A stretch of 64,000 nt of DNA from the human T2T-CHM13v2.0 reference genome, Homo sapiens. The notes below the pieces were generated by a model. It made no database searches, was not told where the DNA came from, and saw only the letters and a list, made by a program, of their open reading frames with translations. Location of the stretch: assembly GCF_009914755.1 (NCBI RefSeq), contig NC_060936.1, one strand, 5' to 3'. Within the stretch, counting starts at the first letter, position 1. Each line of letters opens with the position of its first letter. Made by a program: the position numbers and the translations under genes. This document shows, piece after piece, positions 16,302 through 29,795 of the stretch.

Positions 16302-16718
16302 TAATTAGATATTATATGCTTCTAAGTGACAAGAGACTAAAGACATTTCTGTACTGACCTTTGTATGTAATCAGCTGACACCACAATTTAGAATGTCAAA
16401 CTATCCTCATGGTATTGCTGATTTGATTATGGTTAGAGACTGATGTGTCTCTAGTGTGCATAGTTATAATTGACACTGATGGGTATAAAGCAGTTCACAG
16501 GGCTTAGAACAGACAAAATTTGAATCTTCTAGGTTCCCTTCAATGTTCACATAAACTATAAATCATCCTAATTTTGGAATCTGACAGCTTCAGTAAAGCC
16601 TTCTGGATTTCAAAGTCATCTGTGATTCCAAAAAGAGTCTCTGAATATTATACCAGCCTCTGTGTAACATTCTGAAATCCCAGCTCTAAATAAATCTTAT
16701 TGGGTGTTTGGTTTAAAG

Positions 16719-16839
16719 GTGAACTCAAGCAAACCTATTATTGAAAATCTGGTTCCTGGTGCCCAGTACCAGGTTGTAATATACCTAAGGAAAGGCCCTT
16801 TGATTGGACCACCTTCAGATCCTGTGACATTTGCTATTG
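16719..16839 (+). CDS. PTPRO: PTPRO exon 8: [40 protein letters not shown]
   Basis: tttggtttaaag|GTG ... ATTG|gtaagt; 121 nt; FN3 L-x-P-x-x-x-Y motif. Confidence 0.96.
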
Positions 16840-17073
16840 GTAAGTTGCTAGCCACAAGAAGAATGACTGACCTATATATTAGGGTATTGACGGAGGGGTG
16901 CAATGTGCGAGCTCAAATCATTATCATCGTATTTGGAAGGTCCATATTAGTTCATCCAATATGCTACCTTCAGAGTAATAAATAACAAGAATTGTATACT
17001 TGGAAAACATTCTTAATATTTATTACTTGGGGAAAAAATCAGAGGCAAACATTCTTACTTTAGTTTTCAATGA

Positions 17074-17556
<483 letters not shown>

Positions 17557-17570
<14 letters not shown>

Positions 17571-17884
17571 GAAAAGAAAGAAAAGAAGAAAGAAAGAATG
17601 AACGAAAGAGAGAGAGAGAGAAAGAAAGAAAGAGAGAAAGGAGAAAAAGTGAGAAAGAGAGTGAGAAAGAAGAGAGTGAGAAAGAGAGAGAAAAAGAAAA
17701 AGAGAGAGAAAGGAAAGAAAGAAAAGAAAGAAAGAAAGAAAAAGAAAAGAAAAGAAAAGATGAAAGGAGGGAGGGAGGGAAGAAGGAAGGGGGAGGGCAG
17801 GGGGAGGGAGGAAGGAAGGGGAGGAAGCAAGAAAGGGAGGAAGGGAGGAAGGAAGGAAGGAAGGAAGGGAGGGAGGGAGGGAGG
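17557..17884 (+). repeat. Purine-rich GA/GGA low-complexity tract
   Basis: ~330 nt nearly all A/G, ending ~110 nt before the exon 9 acceptor. Confidence 0.95.
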
Positions 17885-17996
17885 TAGGTATTGTATCAGA
17901 GAGTGAAAACTCGGGTCATTAAGTAGAAGTTTGAGGCCATTGCTAAGACATTCCTTCTTAACTTTCTTTTTCTACCCCCTGCCCTCTTCTTTCTAG

Positions 17997-18190
17997 TTCC
18001 CACAGGAATAAAGGATTTAATGCTCTATCCTTTGGGTCCTACGGCCGTGGTTCTGAGCTGGACCAGACCTTATTTAGGCGTGTTCAGAAAATACGTGGTT
18101 GAAATGTTTTATTTCAACCCTGCTACAATGACATCAGAGTGGACCACCTACTATGAAATAGCAGCAACTGTTTCCTTAACTGCATCCGTG
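17997..18190 (+). CDS. PTPRO: PTPRO exon 9: [22 protein letters not shown]...SLTASV
   Basis: long pyrimidine tract ttctag|TT ... GTG|gtaatc; 194 nt. Confidence 0.96.
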
Positions 18191-18306
18191 GTAATCTTCC
18201 CTTAACCAACTGTCAGTCTTTCCTATGGGAACAGGCAAACCTTTATGTACCAAATGTGTCTTTAAGAAATTATCTATAAATTTGATTATTTTGTAAATAC
18301 ACATAG

Positions 18307-20602
18307 TGTGTTAGTTCATTTTCACACTGCTGATAAAGAAATAGCCAAGACTGAGCAATTTACAAAAGAAAGAAGTTTAATTGGACTTACAGTTCCACGT
18401 GGCTGGGGAAGCCTCACAATCATGACAGAAGGCAAGGAGGAGCAAGTCATGTCTTATACAGATGGCAGCAAGCAAAGAGCGCTTGTGCAGGAAAACTCCC
18501 TCTTATAATAGCCATCAGATCTCATGAGACTTATTCACTATCACAAGAACGGCATGGGAGAGACCTGCCCCCAGGATTCAGTTACTTCCCACAGGGTCCC
18601 TCGCACAACACTTGGGAATTCAAGATGAGATTTGGGTGAGAACACAACCAAACCATATTATTCTGCCCCTTGCCCCTCCCAAATCTCATGTCCTCACATT
18701 TCAAAACCAATCATGCCTTCCCAACAGTCCCGAAAAGTCTTAACTAATTAACTCGAAAGTGCACAGTCAAAAGTTTCATCTGAGACAAGGCAAGTCCCTT
18801 CTGCCTATGAGTCTGTAAAATCAAAAGCAAGTTAGTTACTTCCTAGATACACTCGGGGTACAGGCATTGACACAGCTGTTCCAAATGGGAAACATTGACC
18901 AAAACAAAGAGGCTACAGGCCCCATGCAACTCCAAAATCCACTGGGACAGTCAAATCTCAAAGCTCCAAAATGATATCCTTTGACTCCGTGTCTCACATC
19001 CAGGTCATGCTGATGCAAGAGGTGGGTTCCCATGGTCTTAGGCAGTTCCACTCCTGTGGCTTTGCAGCATATATCCCCCCTCCTGGCTGCATTCACAGGC
19101 TGGCATTGAGTGTCTGCAGCTTTTCCAGGTGCACAGTGCAAGCTGTCAGTGGATCTACCATTCTGGGGTCTGGAGGATGGTGACCCTCTTCTCACAGCTC
19201 CACTAGGCAATACCCCAGTAGGGACTCTGTGTGCAGTCTCCAGCCCCACATTTCCCTTTTACATTGCCCTAGCAGAGGGCATGAGGTCCCTGCCCTGCTG
19301 CAGCAAACTTTTGCCTGGGCATCCAAGTGTTTCCATACATTTTCTGAAATCTAGGTGGAGGTTCCCAAACCTCAGTTCTTGACTCCTGTGCACCCACAGT
19401 CTCAACACCACGTGGAAGCTGCCAAGCCTTGGGGCTTGCACCCTCTGAAGCCACCAAGCCTTGGGGCTTGCACCCTCTGAAGCCACCACCTGATCTCTAC
19501 GTTGGCCCCTTTCACCCACAGCTGCAGCAGCTGGGATGCAGGGCACCAAGTCTCTAGGCTGTACACAGCACAGGGACACTGGGCCTGGGCCACAAAACCA
19601 CATTTTCCTCCCAGGCCTCCAGGCCTGTGATGGGAGGGGCTTCCATGAAGATCTCTGACTTGACCTGGAGACATTTTCCCCATTGTCTTGGGGATTAACA
19701 TTCAACTCCTCATTACTTATTCAAATTTCTGCAGCCAACTTGAATTTCTCCTCAGAAAATGGGATTTTCTTTTCTATCACATTGTCAAGCTGCAAATTTT
19801 CCAAACTTTTATGCTCTGTTTCCCTTTTAAAACTGAATGCCTTTAACAGCACCAAGTCACCTCTTGAATGCTTTGCTGCTTAGAAATTTCTTCTGCCAGA
19901 TACCCTAAATCATCTCTCTTAAGTTCAAAGTTCCAAAATCCCTAAGGGAGGCACAAAATGCTGCCAGTGTCTTTGCTAAAACGTAACAAGAATCACCTTT
20001 GCTCCAGTTCCCGACAAGTTCTTCATCCCCATCTGAGACCACCTCAGCCTAGATTTCATTGTCCATATCATTATCAGCATTTTGGTCAAAGCCATTCAAC
20101 AAGTCTCTAGGGAATTCCAAACTTTCCCACATTTTACTGTCTTCTGAGCCCTCCAAACTGTTCCAGCCTCTGCCTGTTACCCAGTTCCAAATTGCTTCCA
20201 CAGTTCTGGGTATCTTCTCAGCAGCACTCCACTCTCGGTACCAATTTACTGTATTCATTCGTTTCCATGCTGCTGACAAAGACATACCCAAGACTGGGCA
20301 ATTTACAAAAGAAGGAGGTTTAATTGGGCTTACAGTTCCACGTGGCTGGGGAAGCCCCACAATCATGGCGGAAGGCAAAGAGGAGCAAGCCATGTCTTAC
20401 ATGGATGGCACCAAGCAAGAGAGCTTGTGCAGGAAAACTCCCCCTTACAATAGCCATCAGATTTCATGAGATTTACTCACTATCATCAGAACAGCACGGG
20501 AAAGACCTGCCCCCATGATTCAGTTATCTCCCACTGGGCCCCTCCCACAACACGTGGGAATTCAAGATGAGATTTGGGTGGGGACACAGCCAAACCATAT
20601 CA
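18307..20602 (-). mobile_element. Full-length THE1 (MaLR) element: LTR 18307-18660, internal 18661-20249, LTR 20250-20602
   Basis: two ~354-bp LTRs in direct repeat, THE1-int sequence between them, perfect TSD CATAG (18302-18306/20603-20607). Confidence 0.96.
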
Positions 20603-21436
20603 CATAGGTATGGCTATTTTCAAGTTTTTTTCATTGTTTTTGCTTTTAGGTTTTGGGATTCTCTTTTGTTTTGAGAGGGAGAGAAAGAGATAATTGTGTG
20701 AAGCTAGCTGTCAACTCTAATTGAATGTATTTGTTAATCAACATTTTTTCCTAAGCACAGAATAGAGCAATCAAGTGCTTACTGCTTCTCCTGGATCCTG
20801 GGGAGGAACACAAAGAGATTTCCCTTTGGCATTCCATAGTTAGTTGACACTGCCTAATTTTAATGATGACTTTTCATGGCATCTACAGATCAATTAAATA
20901 CCTCTAATGTCAGGCTTTTAGAGGATGTTTTTTAAGAAAACAGGTAAAAATTGCTCTTTCTGAAATTGAGATAATTTTGAAAAGTGTGGGTTACCCATGG
21001 GCTATTCACAAAGTACACAATTACCCTCTACCCAGTTGAAGACTCTGAAGGACTCCTGTTCGTGGTTTACACTGAAAAAACACTGAATTGTGAGAGGTTA
21101 CTTGTCTTAGAAATAGGGAGAAATGTATGTACAGTCACTTATAAATAAGGACTGTTTCGCATGTGTAATATTAGGAAATTGCAAAATCAAACAAATATTG
21201 GAAATCTTTGGCTCTATATCTTTAAATCACTTTTAAAAATTTATATTTTTGTATTTTACTTTATGTCTCATTTCATTCTAGAAAGAATATTTTATTATAG
21301 TAAATTTAGGAAACACAAAAAGACAATATAAAGGAAAATTAAAATTACTTATTAATTTTTTATGAAAGTAAGTCTACTCCAAAAATAGTACTTTCTCCCA
21401 CAGTCTTTTGTCTCCTTGCTTGCTTTTCTCATTCAG

Positions 21437-21548
21437 AGAATAGCTAATCTGCTGCCAGCATGGTACTACAACTTCCGGGTTACCATGGTGACGTGGGGAG
21501 ATCCAGAATTGAGCTGCTGTGACAGCTCTACCATCAGCTTCATAACAG
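21437..21548 (+). CDS. PTPRO: PTPRO exon 10: [37 protein letters not shown]
   Basis: ttttctcattcag|AGA ... ACAG|gtgagg; 112 nt. Confidence 0.96.
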
Positions 21549-21984
21549 GTGAGGCATGTGTGGGGAACAGTTCCACAAGGAGAGAGCATTATTGTGAGGA
21601 GTTACCAAGGTTCCAAATCTCTAGAAAGTGCCAGTCATTCACCCAGCACTGGGTGAGCATCAATTTCATGGGAGATAATATTGATTCTGATCATTCATTA
21701 TTTTGTTTAGTTGATAATCTTTAGAAATCAAAATACCATTTTTATTTTGTGTTACCACCGTTGACTTATTTTTATTCTGAGGCACTGACCTTGATTAATG
21801 TACTCTCCGGCTGGGATTGATTAGAATAGAAATATGGCAGGCACAGCCATCAGCTTCACACTGCACAGTCGATTGATTTTACCCATATGATGATTATATT
21901 TGTTAGAGTGCCTCCATTTTCTTATTAATTAAGCCATTTTTAAAGTCATAGGCTGACTGTAGTAGGGTCCCTTGTGGAAATTAA

Positions 21985-22200
21985 AAAATAGGGTTTAGAG
22001 ACAGATAGATCTGGATTTGAATAGACCCTCCGCATACCACATATAACCTTGAGCACGTTAACTTTTCTAAATATGTTTTTTTTAATGTGGAAAATGGGGA
22101 TGATAATAGTATCAGTTATCTGTTATTATTTATTACAACTTCATTATTATATAAGCTACTTTGCAAAATACACGACACAAAGTTTAAGCACTTAAAAAAC
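21985..22200 (+). mobile_element. MIR
   Basis: agacagatctggatttgaat...taaccttgagcacgttaactt...aaaatggggatgataatagta. Confidence 0.6.
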
Positions 22201-23485
22201 AATTAGTCTTAGATCCTCGGAAACCTTAAATTATGTAGTTGCATCATCAGTAGTCAGAGATAGCAATGAAACGGGGAAATTCATCAAAGAAACACTAACC
22301 CTTGTGGTTTGAACTAAGACGTTTCAAGAACCTTTTATCGAACGACAAGGTTGTAATTAGAGTTGTCCTGAGAAAACAGAGGAGAAAAATACCGCTTAGA
22401 GGAATAATTTTGGCAAATAGTTTCCTCAGTAGACATCTAGTTTACTCTGTTGAAATGTATGAGAAAAAAAAAAAGTGGAAAGAAATCAATCATCTGTGAA
22501 TTCTTACACAATTAACTTACATAAGCATGTCTCTTTTCTTTACTAGCCAATATCCAGAGCACTTTTTGTTCCAGATTTTAATAGTAATATTAGAGCAGAA
22601 AAGTGAAAGAATACCCAAAAAGGAGAAAATAGCAGTTACTTGGCAAGCGCTGTTAGTCTTTTGCCTATAATGATAATCACATATTTAATTATAAGTAAAC
22701 TTCACTGTATCAATAATTCTTATAATTTAACTATATTGATGTAAACTTTCTGAGAATGCTCTTTCCTTCTCACCAGGACAGTTGTCTGGAAAAAGCTCAG
22801 ATGTAACATCTCAACCTGGGACTGCTCAATTCTAGCTGTCAAACTTTGAATTATCTTAACGATTCTGGGCTTCTATTTTCTCACCGGTAGAACCCCCTAA
22901 AATGTCAGCTAAATAGGCACTAAAGCCTACTTAGAGACAACTGATTAGTAGAGCAAAACTTAATATATTGAACACCACCCTGACAGTCTTTGCACTGTCT
23001 TTTAAGGGGGAACAAAAGAAATGAAATATTAATAGGATTTGGCTTCCTGGCTCAAGTGGTTTAAGGTATGCCTTTCAAGATGGAAAACTGACTAGGATTG
23101 GGCATAGTTTATAACAGTTTAAATGGACATAGCAAGTGTGGATCAATAAACTATGGTTAATAGACAAGCTACTTACCTGGTAAGCAGTCTGTTGTCACCA
23201 ATGTATTGATGTTGATGATTTTCTATCTTTTCCTGGGTCAAATAAATAAGTGATGCTGAACCAGCAGTCTACAGGTATTGTCTCAGCATATTGACAGAGA
23301 TGGTCTCAATTTTCACATCTATAAAATGGGTATAATAATAATAAATACATAATAATAAATACCTCACAGTATGTGTGAGAATTAAATCATGTAATGTAAG
23401 TCACTATTATAATAGATTATTGTCATTTTTATACTTATTTTCTAAACCAATTGAAAATTCTAGTAGGTTTTTTTTTAACCTTCTT

Positions 23486-23782
23486 TTTTTTTTTTTACTT
23501 TTACTTTAAGTTCTGGGATACATGTACAGAACATGCAGTTTGTTACATAGGTATACATGTGCCATGGTGGTTTGCTGCACCTATCAACCTGTCATCTAGG
23601 TTTTAAGCCCCGCATACATTAGGTATTTGTCCTAATGCTCTCCCTCCCCTTGCCCCCACCCCCCGACAGTTCTCATGTGATGCTAATACTTATAACAAAC
23701 ATTCATAACTAGGTATGCTTTCAAAAATAATCATTCACTGAAGAATTTGTAATATATAAAGTAAAAACGCATGTGTGTGTGA
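23486..23782 (-). mobile_element. 5'-truncated L1PA (about PA7-10) 3' end fused to an inverted local genomic copy
   Basis: polyT, then tactttaagttctgggatacatg...ccccgacag (to ~23669), then 23675-23772 = reverse complement of 24371-24464; TSD tttttttt(a)accttctt. Confidence 0.9.
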
Positions 23783-24727
23783 TTTTTTTTACCTTCTTAT
23801 TTAAAGCAAATAAGAATCTCATGCTTAACTTTCCTATGCTTTGAATTTTCCAAATTGTGTGGTGTAAAAGAAAATAGGAACAAAATATTTGAATTAGGTG
23901 TGATTTATTAGGAACTCAAGTCTACCATCTTTGTTAGGCAATTCAGTTGGCTAGCCCTCAATCATAGTAATTATGCGGAGGGGCCAAAGTATTAATAAAC
24001 AAATAGTGACATCTTGTGGCCTTCCAGCAATATGCTAGGTTTTAAAGCAACAACATGGAAATAAAAATCTGACATGTGAGAGGAAAGATATATACTTCTG
24101 GGTTTGCAATTTTAAAGATGTTTCTTTTCCTCACTAAAATTAGGACATGAGAAAATACCCTTTGAAGAAATATATGCATAGGTTCTTGTATATGACGAAA
24201 TATGTTGGAATATATTAGGAGGCTATAAGGAAGCCAAGGTTATTTTCCTTTAGTAGAATATTCTGAAATATGATGTAGATTTGTGTTACTTGTTAGATGC
24301 ATTGATGATCTTTCAAGATTTTATTGCTAAGCATACTATATAAGTGCTACTCGTATTTCACATGAAACAAATGCATTTTTACTTCATATATTACAAATTC
24401 TTCAGTGAATAATTTTGAAAGCATAGCTAGTTATGAATGTTTGTTGTAAGTATTAGCATCACATTAGGGGAAATGATTCTTTATAGAAAATTTCCATAGA
24501 TTTTAGTTGACATTGTGCTGTATCTCAGAATGGAACACCGACTGTCTTCAAACCAACATACACCTGGAATTTAAATTCAATTGTGTATTTGTTTTTTAAA
24601 ATAATCAGAGTTAGCAGTTACTTTAAAAAGGTAATTAAAATGTTTTCAGAGCCTATATAGTATAAAGCTTGTGATGAATTCTCTTCCCTCGTTGGCAAAT
24701 TTTTTATTTTATTTATTTACGTTTTTT

Positions 24728-25311
<584 letters not shown>

Positions 25312-26051
25312 TTCCCTGCTTAAATTTTTAAAAATTTAAATGCATAAGATGATAAAGTAGCAAGCTCAGTGTTAGAATTTAGCTTCGTGGCTAAAAAAAA
25401 AAAAAAAAAAAAAAACTTGTTCTTCCCTTCTTTCTCTCTCTCACTACTCACTCAGCAACATTTATTAAGAGCCTGTTTTCTGCAAAGCACTGGGCTAGAC
25501 ACTGTCAAAAATAATGTCTTGTTATTTTATGCAAATAACATTTGTCTTCTATCCTGCTTGTAGTACTATGATCTTCTATCTTCCTACCCTTGTATCCTAC
25601 TGTTCTTTATTCCCATAAACACCTTTGCTGCAAGTAAATGAAAGAGACTTAGTTTACAGGACTCTAAGTTTTTTAATCCTACTTGGCTAATAACTCCACT
25701 GATACCTATTAATATTAATTGGTTGATGTAACAAAAATATACCCAAACAAGTGAACTTTTTAGGAATTTTGTAATGGTGACATTTATCCAAAAGACTTTG
25801 ATATCCTCAGGTACAGATGGGTCTGGGGGTCTTGTATCTTAGATATACAAGATGTGGGATCCCATTAAACAAGTGCCCATCCTGTATCACCATCCTTCAC
25901 TGTTATTGAGAGGTCCTGAAGTTACCGGGACTATCGTGTGCTGTGAATTCTAATTCGCTAAGTTGACTCTATATGGGATTTCATGCTCTGCTGGTAAGTA
26001 CTTTATTTATCCATCTATTATACTAAATTGTGCCTCGTTTCTCCCTTGTAG

Positions 26052-26203
26052 CCCCAGTGGCTCCGGAAATCACTTCTGTGGAATATTTCAACAGTCTGTT
26101 ATATATCAGTTGGACATATGGGGATGATACAACGGACTTGTCCCATTCTAGAATGCTTCACTGGATGGTGGTTGCAGAAGGAAAAAAGAAAATTAAAAAG
26201 AGT
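26052..26203 (+). CDS. PTPRO: PTPRO exon 11: [21 protein letters not shown]...KKKIKKS
   Basis: ctcccttgtag|CC ... AGT|gtatgt; 152 nt. Confidence 0.96.
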
Positions 26204-26609
26204 GTATGTTTCTTTGAATGCCAGCATTGTGTGTCTGTAAATTTAGTTTTATGAACTATTGAAAACCACTAAGCAATCATTTATTGACACGTCAATTGTT
26301 TGCATACCAGTTGTCTGTTTTAGGCTCTGGAGATAAGACAGTGAACAAAAATTGAATTCTTCCTTTCATAGAGCTTACCGTTTAATCTTTAACAGTGAGA
26401 TGTAAGAGCTCCAACTATTGATTTCATTTATATTTAGAATTGTGATTTGAGCTTTTTCTTCAGGATGCCAAACATTTTCAAGAAAACTACAATTAACGTG
26501 TTTCCCATTTTTTCCCATATATCACCGACACCTAAAGATTTGGGGACCTTGGGACTACTGATTTCTTTTCTCCAAAATACGCTTTTGGATGTTTATTGAT
26601 AAGGGGACA

Positions 26610-27010
26610 GACTAAACTACTGTAATAAAGAAACAAACAAAAAGAGAGTGGCTCAAACAAAATAGAAGTTTATACCTCTCCCATGATAGCACAGGACTAA
26701 CCAGGCACTTCTGCTTTAAGGGGTCACCCAGGGAGGCAAATTCTGTTTTGTTGTTCCATCTGCCACTATGCATAGTCCTTGTCTCTAGAGAGGAAGCTTT
26801 ATCACCATTACATGCATGTCCCAGCCTGCAGGAAGGGGAAAAGAAAAGGGATGATGTGGAAGCCCGGCACTTACAGGATGTGAACTGAACTGTCATTTGT
26901 CCATGTGACTTCTACTTACAATCCACTGATCAGAGCTGGGTCACATCATCCCCTCTAGCTGTAGGAGAGGATGGGAAATAACAATGGCTGTTAGGTAGGA
27001 AGCCACACGT
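26610..27010 (-). mobile_element. Old MLT1-type (K/L-like) LTR
   Basis: agtggctcaaacaaaatagaagtttat; acttctacttacaatccactgatcagagctgggtcacat; aggatgggaaat. Confidence 0.55.
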
Positions 27011-27379
27011 CTACAGATATGGGTAGGTTTCTTTTGAACGTCTTAGAATGTACATATCAGTAGCAACTCAGTAATTGTCTTTTCTAAAACCTGTTATCAA
27101 TATGTGAGAAAATGTCAGAATGAGACCCATTCCAAATAAGGGAATTCATTGCAAAATTTTTCTGATGTATATAATGCATTATTAAGGCTACCTCACATTG
27201 GGCCCAGCTGAGGAATTTATAAAATTTTCAGAAGATATAACGTATCTATAATATAATCAATTGCAGACTGCTGCATAGAACAGAGAGGGAATGTGTCTGC
27301 TATAGTCCTTTAGTTGTTTGGGGTGGTGCACTGATTCATTCACTAAAAGTTTAAACCCTTGATTTTGATGATCTTGCAG

Positions 27380-27500
27380 GTAACACGCAATGTCATGACT
27401 GCAATTCTCAGCTTGCCTCCAGGAGACATCTATAACCTCTCAGTAACTGCTTGTACTGAAAGAGGAAGTAATACCTCCATGCTCCGCCTTGTCAAGCTAG
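27380..27500 (+). CDS. PTPRO: PTPRO exon 12: [40 protein letters not shown]
   Basis: atcttgcag|GTA ... CTAG|gtaaga; 121 nt; missed by the ORF track. Confidence 0.95.
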
Positions 27501-29472
27501 GTAAGAAGAGTACACAGAGATGGGTGTGAAATAATCACTAATGTTTGCATCATTCGATTCAGCAAGAGCTCCTCAATTCAATGAAATAATAACAGAAAAA
27601 TGGCTAATTTTTTATGAGTAGAAAATAGACATTTGTACTAGCAAAAGGGTATGTTCAACTTGGTACAAGTTTCTGTGAGTGGGTTGTATACTGTTCTGGG
27701 AAACAGTGGTGTTCGCTGTTCTTTGTAAGGTTAAAGAAACCAGGTAGTCATAGGATTTTGGAGATGGAAGCACATTAGAGATTATCTAATGCAGTGTTCA
27801 CAACCCTATAAGACAACATTCTATTTTCATATTAATATTATGTAATGCTCTCTTTAATATCTTAAATAGTAATGGATTTAAAAATCTACATATTGATTTT
27901 TTAAATTTTATATAGTTTCCCAACTCCAGAATAAAATCAAGACAAAAAGAAACTAATTTATAATAAAATAATATGGATTTCCTAAATATATGGTCAGACA
28001 CAACTACTCTAAAAGACATAATGAAATTACCTGATGCCTAGATATAATTAAAATGAATAAGTTGGGGTTTATAAGAAATAAAAAGATCATTAGTCCTTCA
28101 TATAAGAAGTATAAAAATAAGCAAAGAAATGAACAAGTTAATATAAATTGATAACAAATAACTAAACAAGCATAGATACAGGTAGATACTAGAATAAAAA
28201 CTAGAGTTAAAATAAGTACTAAAAGATGAGATATATTTTCATATAATGAGAGAAAGATGGAAATAATTTTAATTAAAGTAGGGACAACACACCAAAAGTT
28301 TATAAATGGCAGCATAGAAGCAAGCTGGCTTCACTCCCCTCTACCCAACAGAAAACCAAAAGCAAATATACACTCTGAGATTTTCACCAGCAACAACCCA
28401 GAACTCAAATACGAGGATGCGACCGATTCCAGAGCCATAGAGAAGTGAAAATACTCTGGGCAGATGGTAGGAGAATCAGGCTTCCACATTCGTGACGCCT
28501 CCCCCGCGATTCTGCCTGGCAACAAGTGTGCAGAAAATCTTCTGCCAACTCATGTTTCTACACTGGAAAAAGTGAGGTTGAGGTAGTCAACTAGTTTCCC
28601 CACTATCTTGGGCTCCCTGGCAGGAAATCTGTCCTTGCCTTAACCCACAGGAAGCATCGTGACTGCCTGAAGGGAGAAATAGCTTGAGGATAGGCAGAAA
28701 CAAAGAGATGAGATGGAACTACCATTCCCAGTCCCAGCAACTCTGCTCTGTAACTTGGCCAAAGGAGACACCAAATCAGAGTGGCTGTTCAGCAGCACCA
28801 TACTGTAGGAGGTACATTTCACAGGTCCCTTGGGCATGAGCCCCCCAGCTAACTTTGACACACTGCCAGGATAATTCCTTTAAGACCTTTCTTTTTCAGG
28901 ACAGGCAGAGCCAAGGCAAATCTGGACTTAAGGTGCCACCTAGAGCTGAAATGTAGGCAGTGATCTAGTGGTAAATATTTGCTAGGCAAACATAGCCAAT
29001 AAAAGACAAAACAAGGCAAGGCAGACAAAGGAAAGTGGACTAAATAGTTAATTATTTAATGCAAAGACATAGTTCTATGCCCATAAGAAACAACATCAAA
29101 CAGGGAACTGTGACCCGCCCACGCTACCCAGGAAAAGGACAAAGCAAAAATCCAATGACTGACCCTAACAAGATGGTGATCTGTGAGCTCTCTGAACAAG
29201 AATTCAAAATACAGTTTAAGGAAAATCAGTGATGTCCAGGAAAACACAGAAAAGCAATTCAGAAATTTATCAGAGAAATTTTTAAATCAAACAAATTCTT
29301 GGTACTGGAAAATACGTTTGCTGAACTGAAAAACACATCACAGCAGAATGGACAAAGGAGTGGAATGATTCAGGGAGCTAAAAGCCTATCTGAAAATACA
29401 CCATTGGAGGAGAAAAAAGAAAAATAAGACTGAAAGTAAGTGAAGTCTGACTATAAGATATTAAAAAAAAAA

Positions 29473-29795
<323 letters not shown>

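Noticed and set aside
18836-20518. Cluster of 60-148 aa ORFs on both strands
   Set aside because: All inside THE1 internal or LTR sequence; fragmented, with no recognisable intact retroviral protein
23675-24464. Inverted repeat as TIRs of a MITE
   Set aside because: No TSD around the pair, and the left arm lies inside the L1's own TSD
27371-27386. cag|GTAACA at exon 12 (and aag|GTGAAC at exon 8) as recursive splice sites
   Set aside because: Explained by Val codons at phase-0 junctions; the regenerated donors are weak
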